A stretch of 64,000 nucleotides of DNA, taken from NCBI RefSeq assembly GCF_016432865.1, contig NC_067399.1:258912001-258976000 (forward strand). The letters run 5' to 3'. Positions 47,551 through 59,486 of the stretch are shown piece after piece. Under the pieces are notes generated by a model. It worked only from the letters and a program-made list of their open reading frames with translations, did no database searches and was not told the origin of the DNA. The position numbers were made by a program, and so were the translations under genes. Within the stretch, counting starts at the first letter, position 1. Every line of letters starts with the position of its first letter. The stretch is from Antechinus flavipes. Its lineage: Eukaryota.

Positions 47551-48235
47551 TGAGTGTTTCACAGACTGGGCTAATATTCCAATCAGACAATAGTCAGTCA
47601 ACAAGTATTTATTAAGCATTTACTATGTGCCAGGCACTATGGATACAAATACAAACATTAAACAGCCCCTATTTTCATGGAGTTTAAATTCTACTGAAGG
47701 AGACAATATATGTATATGCAAAAAGTAGAACTCTTTAAGGAATTTTAGATCAAGCAGGTAGTAGGCTATCTTGCCAGTAGACCCCTATACTCTAGTGAAA
47801 GCTATCTGGGCCAAAGTTCAACCTAGACCCTCAAGAAAGCCTTTTTGAACTTCTTCTCACACAGCTTCTCTCCTGATCCTGGGGAGCACATACTATGGAA
47901 TTGCTTGAGTCTTGATTTGGGAGTCAGTCAAAGGGAAAGGAAGAATGATAGTGAGCCAAGTTTCTAAATTATATCGATTACACCTATCTCCTCCCTAGAA
48001 TCCTGATTCAAATGATTCCTAAGAAATGATAATTATTGTAAAGCGTAGTTCAGCTGCCTATGGTTTAAGAATGAGCTTTGTCACTCTTTATTCCTGACAG
48101 TGAATATTCAAGCAATATCTGTCCCAGAGCCAGACTAGTTTCAGGGGAAAGGAAGGGAACATAGGTAGACATGGGTGAAAAGTAGTTAAAAGGGAACGCA
48201 TTAACTTCTCCTGGATTTTCTCTGTTCTCTGACAG

Positions 48236-48337
48236 GCCTGATGCAGTTATTGATCCTTGGTTTCTAGACTTGTGGGGGAAAGTTTTGGGGTTGTATCCTG
48301 TGCCTTCTGACCTTAATGTAATACCTGCTGATACACC
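48236..48337 (+). CDS. NDOR1: NDOR1 exon 5
   Basis: gacag|G CCT; PDAVIDPWFLDLWGKVLGLYP...; CC|gtaagg. Confidence 0.94.
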
Positions 48338-48850
48338 GTAAGGATCAGATGTTGGGGTGAACTGCTAGCTCTCTTCTAGAAGGTTTTTGTGACTCTTACA
48401 CCCTCCCCCAAATCCCTCCTGCAAGAAGTCAGCATCTCTAATTCTCCTGCCTTTCAGTAGCCAAATATAGGATCTCCCTGGATTTGACATCTCTGATCCA
48501 GTTAGCTTCTAGGCTTTTCTTGGGATGTGCCCTGGCCAGGAGTAAATCTGTAATTGAGACAGATCTAAACACATCTCCCTCTGGCTCAATGTAGGTACTC
48601 CCTCTGCTGGTCACTAGGGAAAAAAATTCATCATCAAAACTACTCCATTATCTCTTGTGGGCTCCCTTTGCTTCTCAGTTTAGGCAGTAGGTAGAGAAGA
48701 CATGGCATATTCTTAAAGATTCTGGGGGAGAAAGAGGGTTCTTTAGTGACTTACTTCAATAAAGTGAAGCTCTTCCCCTCTCTGCCCCTCTGTTGCTGTA
48801 GTAACCTAATTCACTGGCTTCCTTTACTACCTTCTCATTCCCTTTTCTAG

Positions 48851-49060
48851 TTTGCCTTCAAGGTTCATTTTAAACTTTTGTGATGGAGTCCCAGGAATTT
48901 CCTGTGAGGAGCAACATGCAGAGAATCAAAGGCCTGAAGAACTTCCCTCTGAGCACAAGCCTTTCCTGGCTCCTATGGTCTCCAATCAAAGAGTAACTGC
49001 CAAGTCACACTTCCAGGATGTTCGGTTAATTGAATTTGACATCACAGGCTCTGGAATCAG
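48851..49060 (+). CDS. NDOR1: NDOR1 exon 6
   Basis: ttctag|T TTG; LPSRF...KPFLAPMVSNQRVTAKSHFQDVRLIEFDITGSGI; AG|gtgaga. Confidence 0.95.
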
Positions 49061-50113
49061 GTGAGATGCATCTGTCCCACAGATCCACCCCAACTTCTCA
49101 CTGGGATTCTCTCTTTGTCACCCAAAGGAGATCTTATCAAATTAGATAATCATTCAATAAGCATTTATTAAGTTTTGAGATAGAATATAAATGCTATATG
49201 AGTGGAACAGGTAAAGGAATTCAGTAAAATTTAAAAATCTCTATGAGCTCCTGTGGTTAAGAAGGTATTGTGGGAGGGATTTGATAAAGTTTGTAGAGGC
49301 TAGTTTAGGTGAGGAGGCTGTTCCAAGAGAAGAAACAGCAAACAATAGCAACAAAGACAGGAATATATGGGGCCCATTTTGGGAGACAGTGAGAAGACCA
49401 GTTTGACAAAAGCATAAGGTTCAGGAAGGGAAAGGAATATGAAATAAAGCTAGAAAAGTAGGCAGAGACCTACTAAGCTGAAGAATTGGAACTTTTATTT
49501 CATAATTTGGAGCCATTAAGTAAGATGGGATTAGAGCTCTGTTTTAGGAAGATTATTTGGCAATGATATATAGACTGGATTATAGTGGAGAGGCCAGAAG
49601 ATGCTTTAGAAGGCTTATGCAATACACCAGACCTGGACATCCTTCAGGACATTTAGGTAGTATTCCAGGTGAGAGGAATTAAGGGACTGTGTTAAACTGG
49701 TAGAGGTGGGAAGAGAGGAAGAATAAAGGGATGCAAGTATATTTGAGATGTAGAATCAATAGATTTCATTTCTAGTTAGATGTGGAGGGTAAGGAAAAAA
49801 GGAAGAGTCAAAGATAACTTTTATCTTGCCTTTAGCCCCCAGTTTTCAGCAAATCATTTTAGGGATGTTAATTCTGAGACCCAGAATCCTAAAGAGCTAC
49901 TTCAACCCTTGTCCCCTAAACTCAGTACTTTCTTGCCCTTCCTGTTTATCTCCCCACAAAATTTCTATCTCCTGCTCCCAATTCCCCCAGACTCTCTGCT
50001 TCTGCCTCTCTACTACCCCCAGACTTCACCATATCTAGACCAAAGAGAAGCTTCTCCAAAGCTTTCACAGGCAGGTGCCAAGGGCTAACTGGTGTAGGGT
50101 CCTTTCCTTGCAG

Positions 50114-50235
50114 CTTTACCGCTGGTGACATTGTGATGATCCAGCCTCAGAACTCAGCCAGTGATACCAAGCAATTCTGTCACCTGCTCAATCTGGACCC
50201 AGACCAGCATTTTGTGCTGCAGCCTCGGGAGCCAG
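50114..50235 (+). CDS. NDOR1: NDOR1 exon 7
   Basis: ttgcag|C TTT; FTAGDIVMIQPQNS...LQPREP; G|gtgcgt. Confidence 0.95.
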
Positions 50236-50605
50236 GTGCGTTTCTCAGTTTCTCTGTTCAATTTTTCATTCTGCTTTTCTCTTCCATGTCTTATCTTTCG
50301 TAGTCACTTTCCACTGTCAATCTCTCACTTTCCCCTCTACACACCTGATTTTCTTTTTTTTTTTTCATCTTCTCCCTTTTCCCCCTTTCCAGAAAAGTTT
50401 AAGTATTGTCTCTGAGGCTTTGAGATATAGTTGCTTCTCAGAGCCTCCGCTTAGTTCCTAAAGTGTAACCTGGAGAGGACCTCTTCAAGTCCTCCCAGAC
50501 TTGGCTGTGGAGTCTGATCACCATTGGTGTAAGGGTGACTCCTCAGAGAGGAGTTTCACTCACCATAAGCATAAGCCACATTGGATTCCCTGCTTGCTGT
50601 TTCAG

Positions 50606-50826
50606 ATGTCATCTGCCCAATTCAGCTGCCTCAGCCTTGCACCATCTATCACCTTGTATCCCACTACCTGGACATCACCCGTGTTCCTCATCGCTCTTTT
50701 TTTGAGATCCTGGCCTGTCTCTCTCAACACCAGATGGAACGTGAGAAGCTGCTTGAGTTCAGTTCTGCACAAGGCCAGGAAGAACTATACAACTACTGTA
50801 ATAGACCTCGAAGGACCATCTTGGAG
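50606..50826 (+). CDS. NDOR1: NDOR1 exon 8
   Basis: ttcag|AT; LPQPC...YLDITRVPHRSFFE...EREKLLEFSSAQGQEEL...RPRRTILE; GAG|gtgagg. Confidence 0.96.
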
Positions 50827-51001
50827 GTGAGGGATCAGAACTAGGGCCTGACTCTGGCCTCTCAGGTTAGAGACCCTCCATAGACAGCAGAGGATTTGTC
50901 CCAAGGTACTACCATGCTTTCGTGCCCCCAACCTTCATTGTCTGAGAAGAATAAAGTTGAGTTCTAAGACAAACGTCATGCTGCTCTGCTTCCACCTCCA
51001 G

Positions 51002-51109
51002 GTCCTGGGTGATTTCCCTCACTCAGCAGCTTCCATCCCACCAGACTACCTGTTGGACCTCATCCCCCCAATCCGTCCCAGGGCCTACTCCATTGCTTCT
51101 TCATTGCTG
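51002..51109 (+). CDS. NDOR1: NDOR1 exon 9
   Basis: ctccag|GTC; VLGDFPH...IPPDYLLDLIPPIRPRAYSIASSLL (FAD-binding RxYS motif); CTG|gtgaga. Confidence 0.96.
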
Positions 51110-51593
51110 GTGAGAGAAAATGCCCATCTCGGGAGTTCTGAAAGAAAGGAAGGGGTAGGGGGAGAAGAATGGGGGTGGGGGGAGGCGAGGGGGGTAGATC
51201 TCCATTTGGGGAAAATCTAAATCCAGGCTGAAGAGACATCATTTAGAAGTATCTTTAGTTCTCTCTGGATGCTTTAAGTGTTCATTCACAGTTTGAGAAC
51301 AAACACAATGGCATAAATAAGAAAAAAGAGTTTATACCTTTTCAGGAACACAGCTGTTACCTAAACTTAGGTTAGTTTGGGCATAGTCTAAACCTCCCAA
51401 CTAGAAAGGTGTGAACAATGCCTCTACACAGGCCAGTGAGAACCCTGAAGAAAATGAAAAGACAGAAAGATCCCTTTCACTGCCTCTTGCCTCTTTTTTG
51501 CTCCCTGGTTTTAAAGACAGATATGGCCTTTTCAATATCCTTTCCCCCTTACTCCCTAATGCATTATATGATCTGGCTTGTTCCCTCCCCAAG

Positions 51594-51708
51594 GCTCATC
51601 CTTTTAGGGTGCAGATCATTGTGGCTGTGGTGCAATACCAGACTCGTCTCCGTAAACCCCGTCAGGGCCTTTGTACCTCCTGGTTGGCCTCCCTGGATCC
51701 AAGCAGAG
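51594..51708 (+). CDS. NDOR1: NDOR1 exon 10
   Basis: ccccaag|GCT; AHPFRVQIIVAVVQYQTRLRKPRQGLCTSWLASLDPSR; G|gtaagc. Confidence 0.95.
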
Positions 51709-52072
51709 GTAAGCCCAGCATCAGTCTATGTACCTAGGCTTAGTCTCAGGGACTCTTTCTTCTTTGCCTCCTACTTTTGCCAGTCCTACTTTTTCCACTC
51801 AGCTGAGCTAAAATATCACAAGATATGGGAAGTATTGAGGGACTCCAAGAAAGGCAGGGGAAATTTAACATAGGTGTCAAACACATCTCATGCAAAACAG
51901 TTTGTCTCCTCTGTTCCTCCCAGTGCTAGGTGCTTATTCTGGATTTGCCCTATCCTGGAGTCACCTCATGATAGTACCTTTTACCTTCCAGTTCCCTTCA
52001 GATCAGAACTTAGAAACTTTCTGGGATTATCCTGTCTTTGGATGTCACCTCAATTTCTTCTTCCCTATTCAG

Positions 52073-52219
52073 AACCAGTAAGAGTTCCCCTTTGGGTTCG
52101 AAACAGTGGGCTGACCTTCCCTTCAGAGCCTAACACTCCTGTGATCATGGTGGGTCCTGGCACTGGGGTTGCCCCCTTCCGTGCTGCTATCCAGCAACGT
52201 GTGGCACAGGGCCAGACAG
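52073..52219 (+). CDS. NDOR1: NDOR1 exon 11
   Basis: attcag|AA; PVRVPLWVR...[28 protein letters not shown] (NADPH-binding motif); G|gtgagc. Confidence 0.96.
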
Positions 52220-52842
52220 GTGAGCAGGAGGGGTGACATGAATTGGGGGGGCACTGGACAATTACTGCATATAAAAAGGTTCTCTGGAATCCAATTCTTT
52301 TGTGTGTTCCTATCTTTCTGTATCTCCTGTCCCAACTAGAATGTCCCCAAAAAAACCAAAGTGTTTGAAGGTAGAATCCAGTCAAATTCATCCTCATACT
52401 TCCAGGTACCTAGTAAGTGAGAATTAGAAAAATCAGAACCAAAAACAAACAAGTCCTTGAGCAGCCTAATGAAGAAGGGCCCAAAATGATTAGACTCTCC
52501 TTGTCCAGCAGGAAGGAAAGGATCTTTGTCTCCATCTTCATCCCTCTAGAATCCCAAATCATAGAGATTCATGGCCAGAAAGATTAGGAGGGGGGATTGA
52601 AATGGCTTTTCCATATTTGATGGTCAGTCTCATCATCCTGTCATTGTAGTGCCTTTTTCCTTTTTTGGAGGCAATCAAGGTAAAGCTATTCAGCAGGGTC
52701 ACACAGCTAATAAGTGTCTGAGGCTGAATTTGAACTCAAGTCTTCCTGCCTCCAGGGCCAGTGTTCCATCCATTCATTGCACCACTTAGTTGCCCTTTTA
52801 TCATTGTCTTTCTCATCCCATTCTGACCCCATGTGCCAACAG

Positions 52843-52961
52843 GAAACTATCTGTTCTTTGGCTGTCGTCAGAAGGAAAAAGACTTTTACTGTGAGGCAGA
52901 GTGGCAAGAACTCATTCAGAGAGGTTTCTTGACCCTCATCACTGCTTTCTCCAGGGATCAA
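52843..52961 (+). CDS. NDOR1: NDOR1 exon 12
   Basis: caacag|GA; NYLFFGCRQKEKDFYCEAEWQEL...TAFSRDQ; CAA|gtgagt. Confidence 0.96.
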
Positions 52962-53140
52962 GTGAGTGGGAGTCAGGAGGGAGAGTCATGGGAATGGTGG
53001 CATGAAAAGTGGTGGAAATCAAAGTGGGAGGGATGGCTGGAGAAAAAGATGAGAGGATGGGGTAGCTGGTACTGGACCTAGCAAAGGTATATTCACACAA
53101 CGGCCCCAGAGGGTGAGAAAACAATGTAGCATCTCCGCAG

Positions 53141-53235
53141 GAGGAGAAGATTTATGTCCAGCACCGTCTCCAGGAGCATGGAGCACTGGTGTGGGAGTTG
53201 CTGAACCAACATGGAGCCTACTTTTACCTAGCTGG
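53141..53235 (+). CDS. NDOR1: NDOR1 exon 13
   Basis: ccgcag|GAG; EEKIYVQHRLQEHGALVWELLNQHGAYFYLA; GG|gtgagt. Confidence 0.96.
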
Positions 53236-53419
53236 GTGAGTCACCCCTCCCCCACATCCTTCTCTCTCTTCTCTGACTTCTCCTTCCCTTTGCCCTTAAG
53301 GTTTGGAAAGATCCAGCCTATCTTTTTTTCTTTTTGTTTTTAAACAACAATTTTACCATTTATAAAGTCCAAATTATATTTTTTATTTTTTCAGTTGTTT
53401 TACTTTTTTCTGGTTATAT

Positions 53420-53562
53420 ATATATAACCTGAAGCATTTGGGGTTAAGTGACTTGCCCAAAGTCACACAGCCAAGACCAGTAAATACAAGGTCAGATTTG
53501 AACTCAGGTCCTCCTCACTTCAGAGCTGGTACTCTATCTACTACACCAAACCAGCTGCCCCT
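53420..53562 (-). mobile_element. WSINE1-like marsupial CORE SINE next to an antisense L1 3'UTR fragment (~53565-53730)
   Basis: ggggttaagtgacttgcccaaagtcacacag...gatttgaactcaggtcctcct...cagctgcccc; family call from recalled consensus. Confidence 0.7.
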
Positions 53563-53884
53563 TAAATATATCTTTATGAATCATATTGGGAGAGAAAAAT
53601 CAGAATAAAAGAGAAAAGCCACAAGGGAGAGAGAAAAAAAAAACAGAAGAAAGAAGTGAACATAGCATGTGTTGATTTACATTCAATCTCCGTAGTTCTT
53701 TTTCTGGATGCAGATCAGCCTATCTTTCTTATTCCATAGGGGTTGATTGAGCAATTTTTACTTTGGAAAAACAGACATAGGAGGATCCAAAGAGGGCAAG
53801 TGGGTGGGGGAGAGGGGAGTCGAGAGGGATCCACTGTAATCCTTGGTAATTCCCTTCTTCTTCTTTACCTTTTCTTTCCATCAG

Positions 53885-54029
53885 CAACGCCAAGTCCATG
53901 CCAGCCTCTGTGTCAGAGGCATTGACCTCACTGTTCAAATCAGAGGGTGGACTCTCAGACCCTGATGCTGCTGCCTACCTCACCATGCTGGAACGAACCA
54001 TGCGCTTCCAAGCTGAGACCTGGGCTTGA
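53885..54029 (+). CDS. NDOR1: NDOR1 exon 14 to stop; total CDS 1794 nt = 597 aa
   Basis: catcag|C AAC; NAKSMPASVSEAL...RFQAETWA-TGA; the 14 exon lengths sum to 598 codons with consistent phases. Confidence 0.96.
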
Positions 54030-56482
54030 TGGTCTTCACAACTCTCCTTCCCCTCCAGGGGCTCATGCCTGAGGCTAACCATCCGTCTGCCACCTCTTGG
54101 TCTAGAACACATTCTCCAGGCCCTCTCTAGGGCCTACCCCACCTTGGGACTAGACCTCAACAAATTCACCCTGTTCTGAAATCTGGATGTTTTCCTTTTC
54201 CACCGGGGAAACTGATGATCTTCATTTGCTGTGGTGGAGCAGGGCCACAGTATTTGATTTTGTGATTAGCTGGGGAAGTGGGATTGAGGCACAATTGACA
54301 AAGCAATAATAATATGGCAAATTGATCCCTTGCTTAGAGAGGATGTGTATATATACATACAAACACACATCTCAGCCATCATAGTGAGTGCCTGAAAGGA
54401 AAAGACTTGAGACTGATCCAGAAGACAGGGCACTAATGGTTCTGAGCTCTGACCCCAAGAGTTTGCTAGACAAGGATCTCAAACCGTGGAGATCCTATTT
54501 TAGCTACAAAAGAAAACTTTTTCCTTCAGACTTTCTCTGAAGTTCTAGGCTTAAGAACACCTGGCCAGAGTTCCCCTCTCCCTCTTTCTACTGCGAAAAG
54601 GAGAGGAAGCTGGAGAAATAGCCTAGGGTGAATACATAACAAAAGAATGACTTCAGTGGAAAAATTAGGGAAGTCTTCCTGGAGGAAGTTCTGAAAGATC
54701 ATCTATTGATGGAAAGAGTAGGGTTGACTTGGGGAAGGAGGGAGGGCGGTAAGAGGAGAGTGGAGGAAGATTGTGGGTGTAAGAACTGGAAGAACCTGAG
54801 CCCTTAAGACAGTCACGTCTCTACGGCTCCCCCAAGGCTTACCCTGAGGGAACCTGGGCTGGAGACTCGGAGTTGCCTCCTTCTCACCTGATCTCAATGC
54901 CTTAAACCCTGTATAGGTGTGCACCCATAAGGTCCAGTCATCTTAAGTAGAGAGCACTTTTGCCCTCGGGAAAGAGCAATGTCCCCTGACCTGGGAAGGA
55001 CCTTCTCTATATTCTGGTCGGACCAGCAAGTAGGGATTCTTTGCCCTGACTCAGCAGGGAGTGGTGACTCCAGAAAACCTCCCTTACATCTGTATTCCTT
55101 CTTCTAGGACATGGTTTAGGACATCTTAGGGGCCCAGAATGCCTACTTTCTTCATCAGGCCATAGAGGAGCCATGGCTTACCACCCTGGATGAAGCCCTT
55201 GTTACTACCAAAATTCCCTGTCTTACATAAGATAATTGACATTGTTTGTTCATTGGCATCAGCCTTCCCATCACTCCTTCAAAACTTCATTTCCTGAAGT
55301 CACTTCCCTCTCCCCAAACTAAAAAGGAGTCTTTGGATTTGGGGGGAGGGTTCCCAGGCTTGTTTGGGGTTATTTTGTATGGGCAGTTACATTGGGTAGG
55401 TATAAAGATGAAGCCACCTTGGTTTGGAGAGTCAGGCTGAAAATAGAATTGCAATTTGTTAAATCATAACAGAATGGAAACTGAAGCATGTGTACTTAAT
55501 CAGTGCTGGTATTGAGAACTTGGAGCTTAAAGGATTTTTGTAAGTAAGTCCCAGTCCTAAAGGTGCTATGGGCTGAAAAGGAAGCCTCTGGAAGACTGTT
55601 TCCCCATCATGGCTACACCCAGGAAGTGACTGGGATGGGGAGTTGGGAACAAAACTACCACCCCTTCCCCTGGGGTTCTTTGGAGTCCAGTGTCCAAGTC
55701 ATCTCAAAAACACTCGTTGGGTAAAGGTAAGGGGTAGTAATTTTGATACAAGACATTTACCTTTCCATCCTCCCAGGCCTATTTCACAAACCCTGCCAAA
55801 GCTGCCATTTTTAAATGACATCAGATGGTAAACAATCTACAATTTTAGATTATAAGGATCAGAAAGCAAGATGTTACCTGATAGATAAGGCTGCCCTATC
55901 CCTCCTGACTAAGCCTGACTTCCAGCTGGGGGAAATAAGCCTGTTCTTAAAAATTCCTTTTCTGAGATATGAAATAGTCACAGCTTTATCTAAAGGGTCC
56001 TGAAGGATAAGAATGGAAAGTCCAACACATCTGGGGACCTGTCAAGTTGACATTAACCATTCATGACCTTCACCAATTTCAAATCTAATTATCTGTATCA
56101 TTCCATCTTTTTTACAAGATTATATACCTTCATTTTTTCATCTCACTCTAGTTTCAACCCCTTACAATTTGGCTTCTATCCCAATCAACAAGCATCTGTT
56201 CAGTAATTAGCCTGTTCTAAGGGGGGTCAGGGATCTGTCCTGGCTCTCAAGGACCTTACAATTTAATGGGAGAAGATAAAACACAAAAGGAAAGTTTGGG
56301 GGGAGTGGATGAAGGTACCCAATGAAAGGGTGTGTTGGAGAAGTCCCAAAGAAGTACATAGCCAAGTAAGAAATGAGGAAAGAGGTGTGTTCTTTGTCTT
56401 GAGAACACATACTCATGTAAATGCAAGTGTGACACATGAATCTAGTCGTACCTTTTCCATCCTGTCTTCCTGAAAAGTGTAT

Positions 56483-56488
56483 AATAAA
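56483..56488 (+). terminator. Candidate NDOR1 poly(A) signal (about 2.45-kb 3'UTR)
   Basis: First clear AATAAA I found after the NDOR1 stop. Confidence 0.45.
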
Positions 56489-58787
56489 CTATGTAATACT
56501 CATTCCTGATGTATATTTGGAGTAGGCATCTGAATACTTTAAAATGGAAATCTTCAGCATTTCTTGACAGCCTATAAATTTAAATGTACTATATTTTGAA
56601 GTTTAAAAGAATCACTGGGTGCTAATCTAAGGAATTCTTGGTAGTTTAATTAAAACATTTATTGAGAACCTACTAGGTTAGGGATGAGCGTATAATAGGA
56701 AAAGTTAAGTCATAACATGGTTAATGCAGAAACTTGTTTTCCATGTCTACACATATTTGTAATGTCTTTTTTTCTTACCTTCTTGGTGGAGGAAAAGGAG
56801 AGAATTTGGTACTGAAAAAAATTAAAAGTTAAAAATCATACTAGACAGTCTAATTGCTCAATATTTAAGACCTTGAACCATAAATGGGCTTGATATCAAG
56901 TGCCATAGATATTTAAAAGATTACTCTTTTATCCAGTGAAATTTTCAGAGAACATAAACTTATTAATAAAATTATTCTATTCTTTATACTTTTATTCACC
57001 ATATTTGACATGTAGTAGATGCTTAATAAATGTTGATCAATGGAAGAGGCAGGATGATGTTTTGTAAAAATAATTCAGGAGAGAGATTGAAGTGAATTTT
57101 TAATGCCATGCTGAGAAATTTAAACTTATTATAAATTTAATAATCAACAAAAACAATATACTTATAAACTAAATGCCAAAATTTTAACTCTAATAAGATG
57201 CTTAAATTACAAATAAAATGCTTTATGTCCTTTTCCAGGCCTGCACAGAATAAGCAGAGATATCTCTAGTTTTTCTGTAAGGAAATGGGAAGAGACTGTA
57301 TACTGGTGGGATTGAATGGAGGAAAGACTAAGGGTAGAGAGGTTAATGAGGAAACTGCTTAATTTATAATTCAGCTCAAAGCATCTAATCAATTTGTAAA
57401 ATTTTGATGTATTCAGTCTGAATTCGATTTGAGTTACCTCCAGCTAGTGTACTAGATTAAAAGGGAGGAGAAAATAAGAATTGGGATCTGAATTTGCAGG
57501 TCAACACCCTAACATTGAATTTGAGAGCATTTTTAGTTTTTAGCGGACCTGGTACGGGTTTCAATCATTCATTTGTTATTCAATCATTTATCAGGTATCT
57601 GTTAGGTGTAAAGTACTGTTAATTTTCCTTTTACAGGGACTTTTCCACCAAAATAAAGGGGTAGGGGGCAGAAACATCCTTCTGAGGAACATTTCTCCCC
57701 CTTCAATTCCTATTAAATCATCTGGCATAATCTTCCCCTTCCTGACAACCCACATTGCTTAACCTGTAGTACCAATGTCTTCATTTTCCTAGGGTAATAG
57801 ATCTGGCATTGGAGAGGACTGAGAGGTTATCTGTTTTTAGATGATCTCCAGGTCACACAGATGCTGAATAGATTTGGAATTTTAAAACAGCTCCCTCAAC
57901 ACTAAAATTAGTGTCTATATTCACTTCCATCCTAGAGTCTATAAGAATAGTCTTATTCTCCTAAGTCTTTTCCCAACTAGACTGTGAGCCTCCAAAGAGC
58001 AGAAGCTATAGGTATTCTTTCTGCCTTTTGCACAGACTAAGGTTGTTAGAAACATGATGAATTTTTCAGAATTTGTGCCTTGAATAGATTCAAGATGGAG
58101 TGGGAAGGGGTCAGAAGTCTGGAGAGCCCCTAAGCTTCAGAATCTCTAGGTTTGAGTTTCCTGGGTCTCCTCCCAGCCTAGTATTCACCTGACTAAGGAG
58201 GAGCCTGCCCACCTGAGGCTGTCCCTTACCTGCTCCTCCCCTAGCCCTGGGAGGAGCCTGAGTTCCAAGTCAGGTGAGCCACTAAGGAAAAATATTACTA
58301 GAATCTGAGCTCCGGCTGACTTCTTCCCAGCCTCCCTCATCATTTGATCTCTCTGGATTTGGCAGGAATCAGAATTACAGCTGGATATGACCCAAGCAAG
58401 AACTAGGAGGCCGAAGCCAAAAATTAGGAACCCAAGCTCACAAGGAATCAGAACTACGAGGAACGAGGAGCCAGCGCCAACCAGGTGTTTGGGTTTACAA
58501 ATTCTAAGAGATTGGCTCTAATTCTGGAGAGGGTAGTGCTGGGACTCTGAGAAGGGAAAAATTGGTGGCCCTAGCATTGTCAAGTGTTAGGGGGTGGGTG
58601 ATCCCCGTAGAAGCCTCAGGCCTCTGCCATGCTAAGCAGTCGGTTCCACTGACAAAGTCTCAGAGAAATTGAAGCAAACAGCCAGGAAAGAATAGATGTT
58701 TTTTGCCTTTTCCTACTGAATTTTGAACTCCTGAAACTCCAACACCTAATCTCTAACCACTGACTGGTTCTGCCTTCCTAGAAAGAT

Positions 58788-59486
58788 ATGGCCATGGGCA
58801 GTCAGAAGCCAGAGCCAACTGAGCCTGTGTCTAGGTCCCCAGATGAAGAAGACGAAATGGAGAGCTTGGCTCCTTCAACTCCCTGCCTTCCTGAGGCTGT
58901 CCCTGTGGATAGGGAGCCCCCATTGGGGGCTGGAGCTCAATGGGCACTCCAGCTCCTGGAGGATGTAGAAGACGAGTGCCCTATCTGTACAGAGCCCTAC
59001 GGGGTAGATGAGCACCTCTTGGTGTTGTTGAACTGTGGACATGGCCTGTGCCAGCACTGCCTAAACAGGCTCATGGGCACAGCTCCTAGCACTGATTTGG
59101 GCCGTGTACGGTGCCCGCTGTGCCGTCAGAAGACTCCAATGTTGGAGTGGGAGATCTACCAGCTACAGGAAGAGTTGCTCCAGGCCGACGGGCCCCAACC
59201 CCCACCACCTCCCAGCCCCCCAGCCCTTCCTCTCCGTGGGACAGGGCTTCGGGCTTCCCTGGAGCACCGTTATCAATTTCGAGGAAACCGAGGTTGCCTC
59301 CCCTTCTTGCCTTGCCCACCCTGTCTGATCACCAGGCTCTGGGCCCTTCGTGAAAGGGGGCCTTCCACTCGATGCCTCGTCTTGCTGATAATGGTATCCT
59401 TGGAGGTGTTTGGACTGGTACTCATCTTTCTGCCCCTTCTACTACTTGCCTTGCTCTTTATCCTACTTAACTATTCAGCCCACTGA
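58788..59486 (+). CDS. Unnamed RING-HC E3 ligase-like protein with C-terminal hydrophobic anchor (232 aa; RNF183/RNF186/RNF222-225-like architecture)
   Basis: True ATG 6 nt after a cttcctag| acceptor; C64-x2-C...C-G-H-x2-C-x2-C...C-x2-C112; Pro-rich linker; ~33-residue hydrophobic C-terminus; uninterrupted frame. Confidence 0.88.
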   Translation: MAMGSQKPEPTEPVSRSPDEEDEMESLAPSTPCLPEAVPVDREPPLGAGAQWALQLLEDVEDECPICTEPYGVDEHLLVLLNCGHGLCQHCLNRLMGTAPSTDLGRVRCPLCRQKTPMLEWEIYQLQEELLQADGPQPPPPPSPPALPLRGTGLRASLEHRYQFRGNRGCLPFLPCPPCLITRLWALRERGPSTRCLVLLIMVSLEVFGLVLIFLPLLLLALLFILLNYSAH

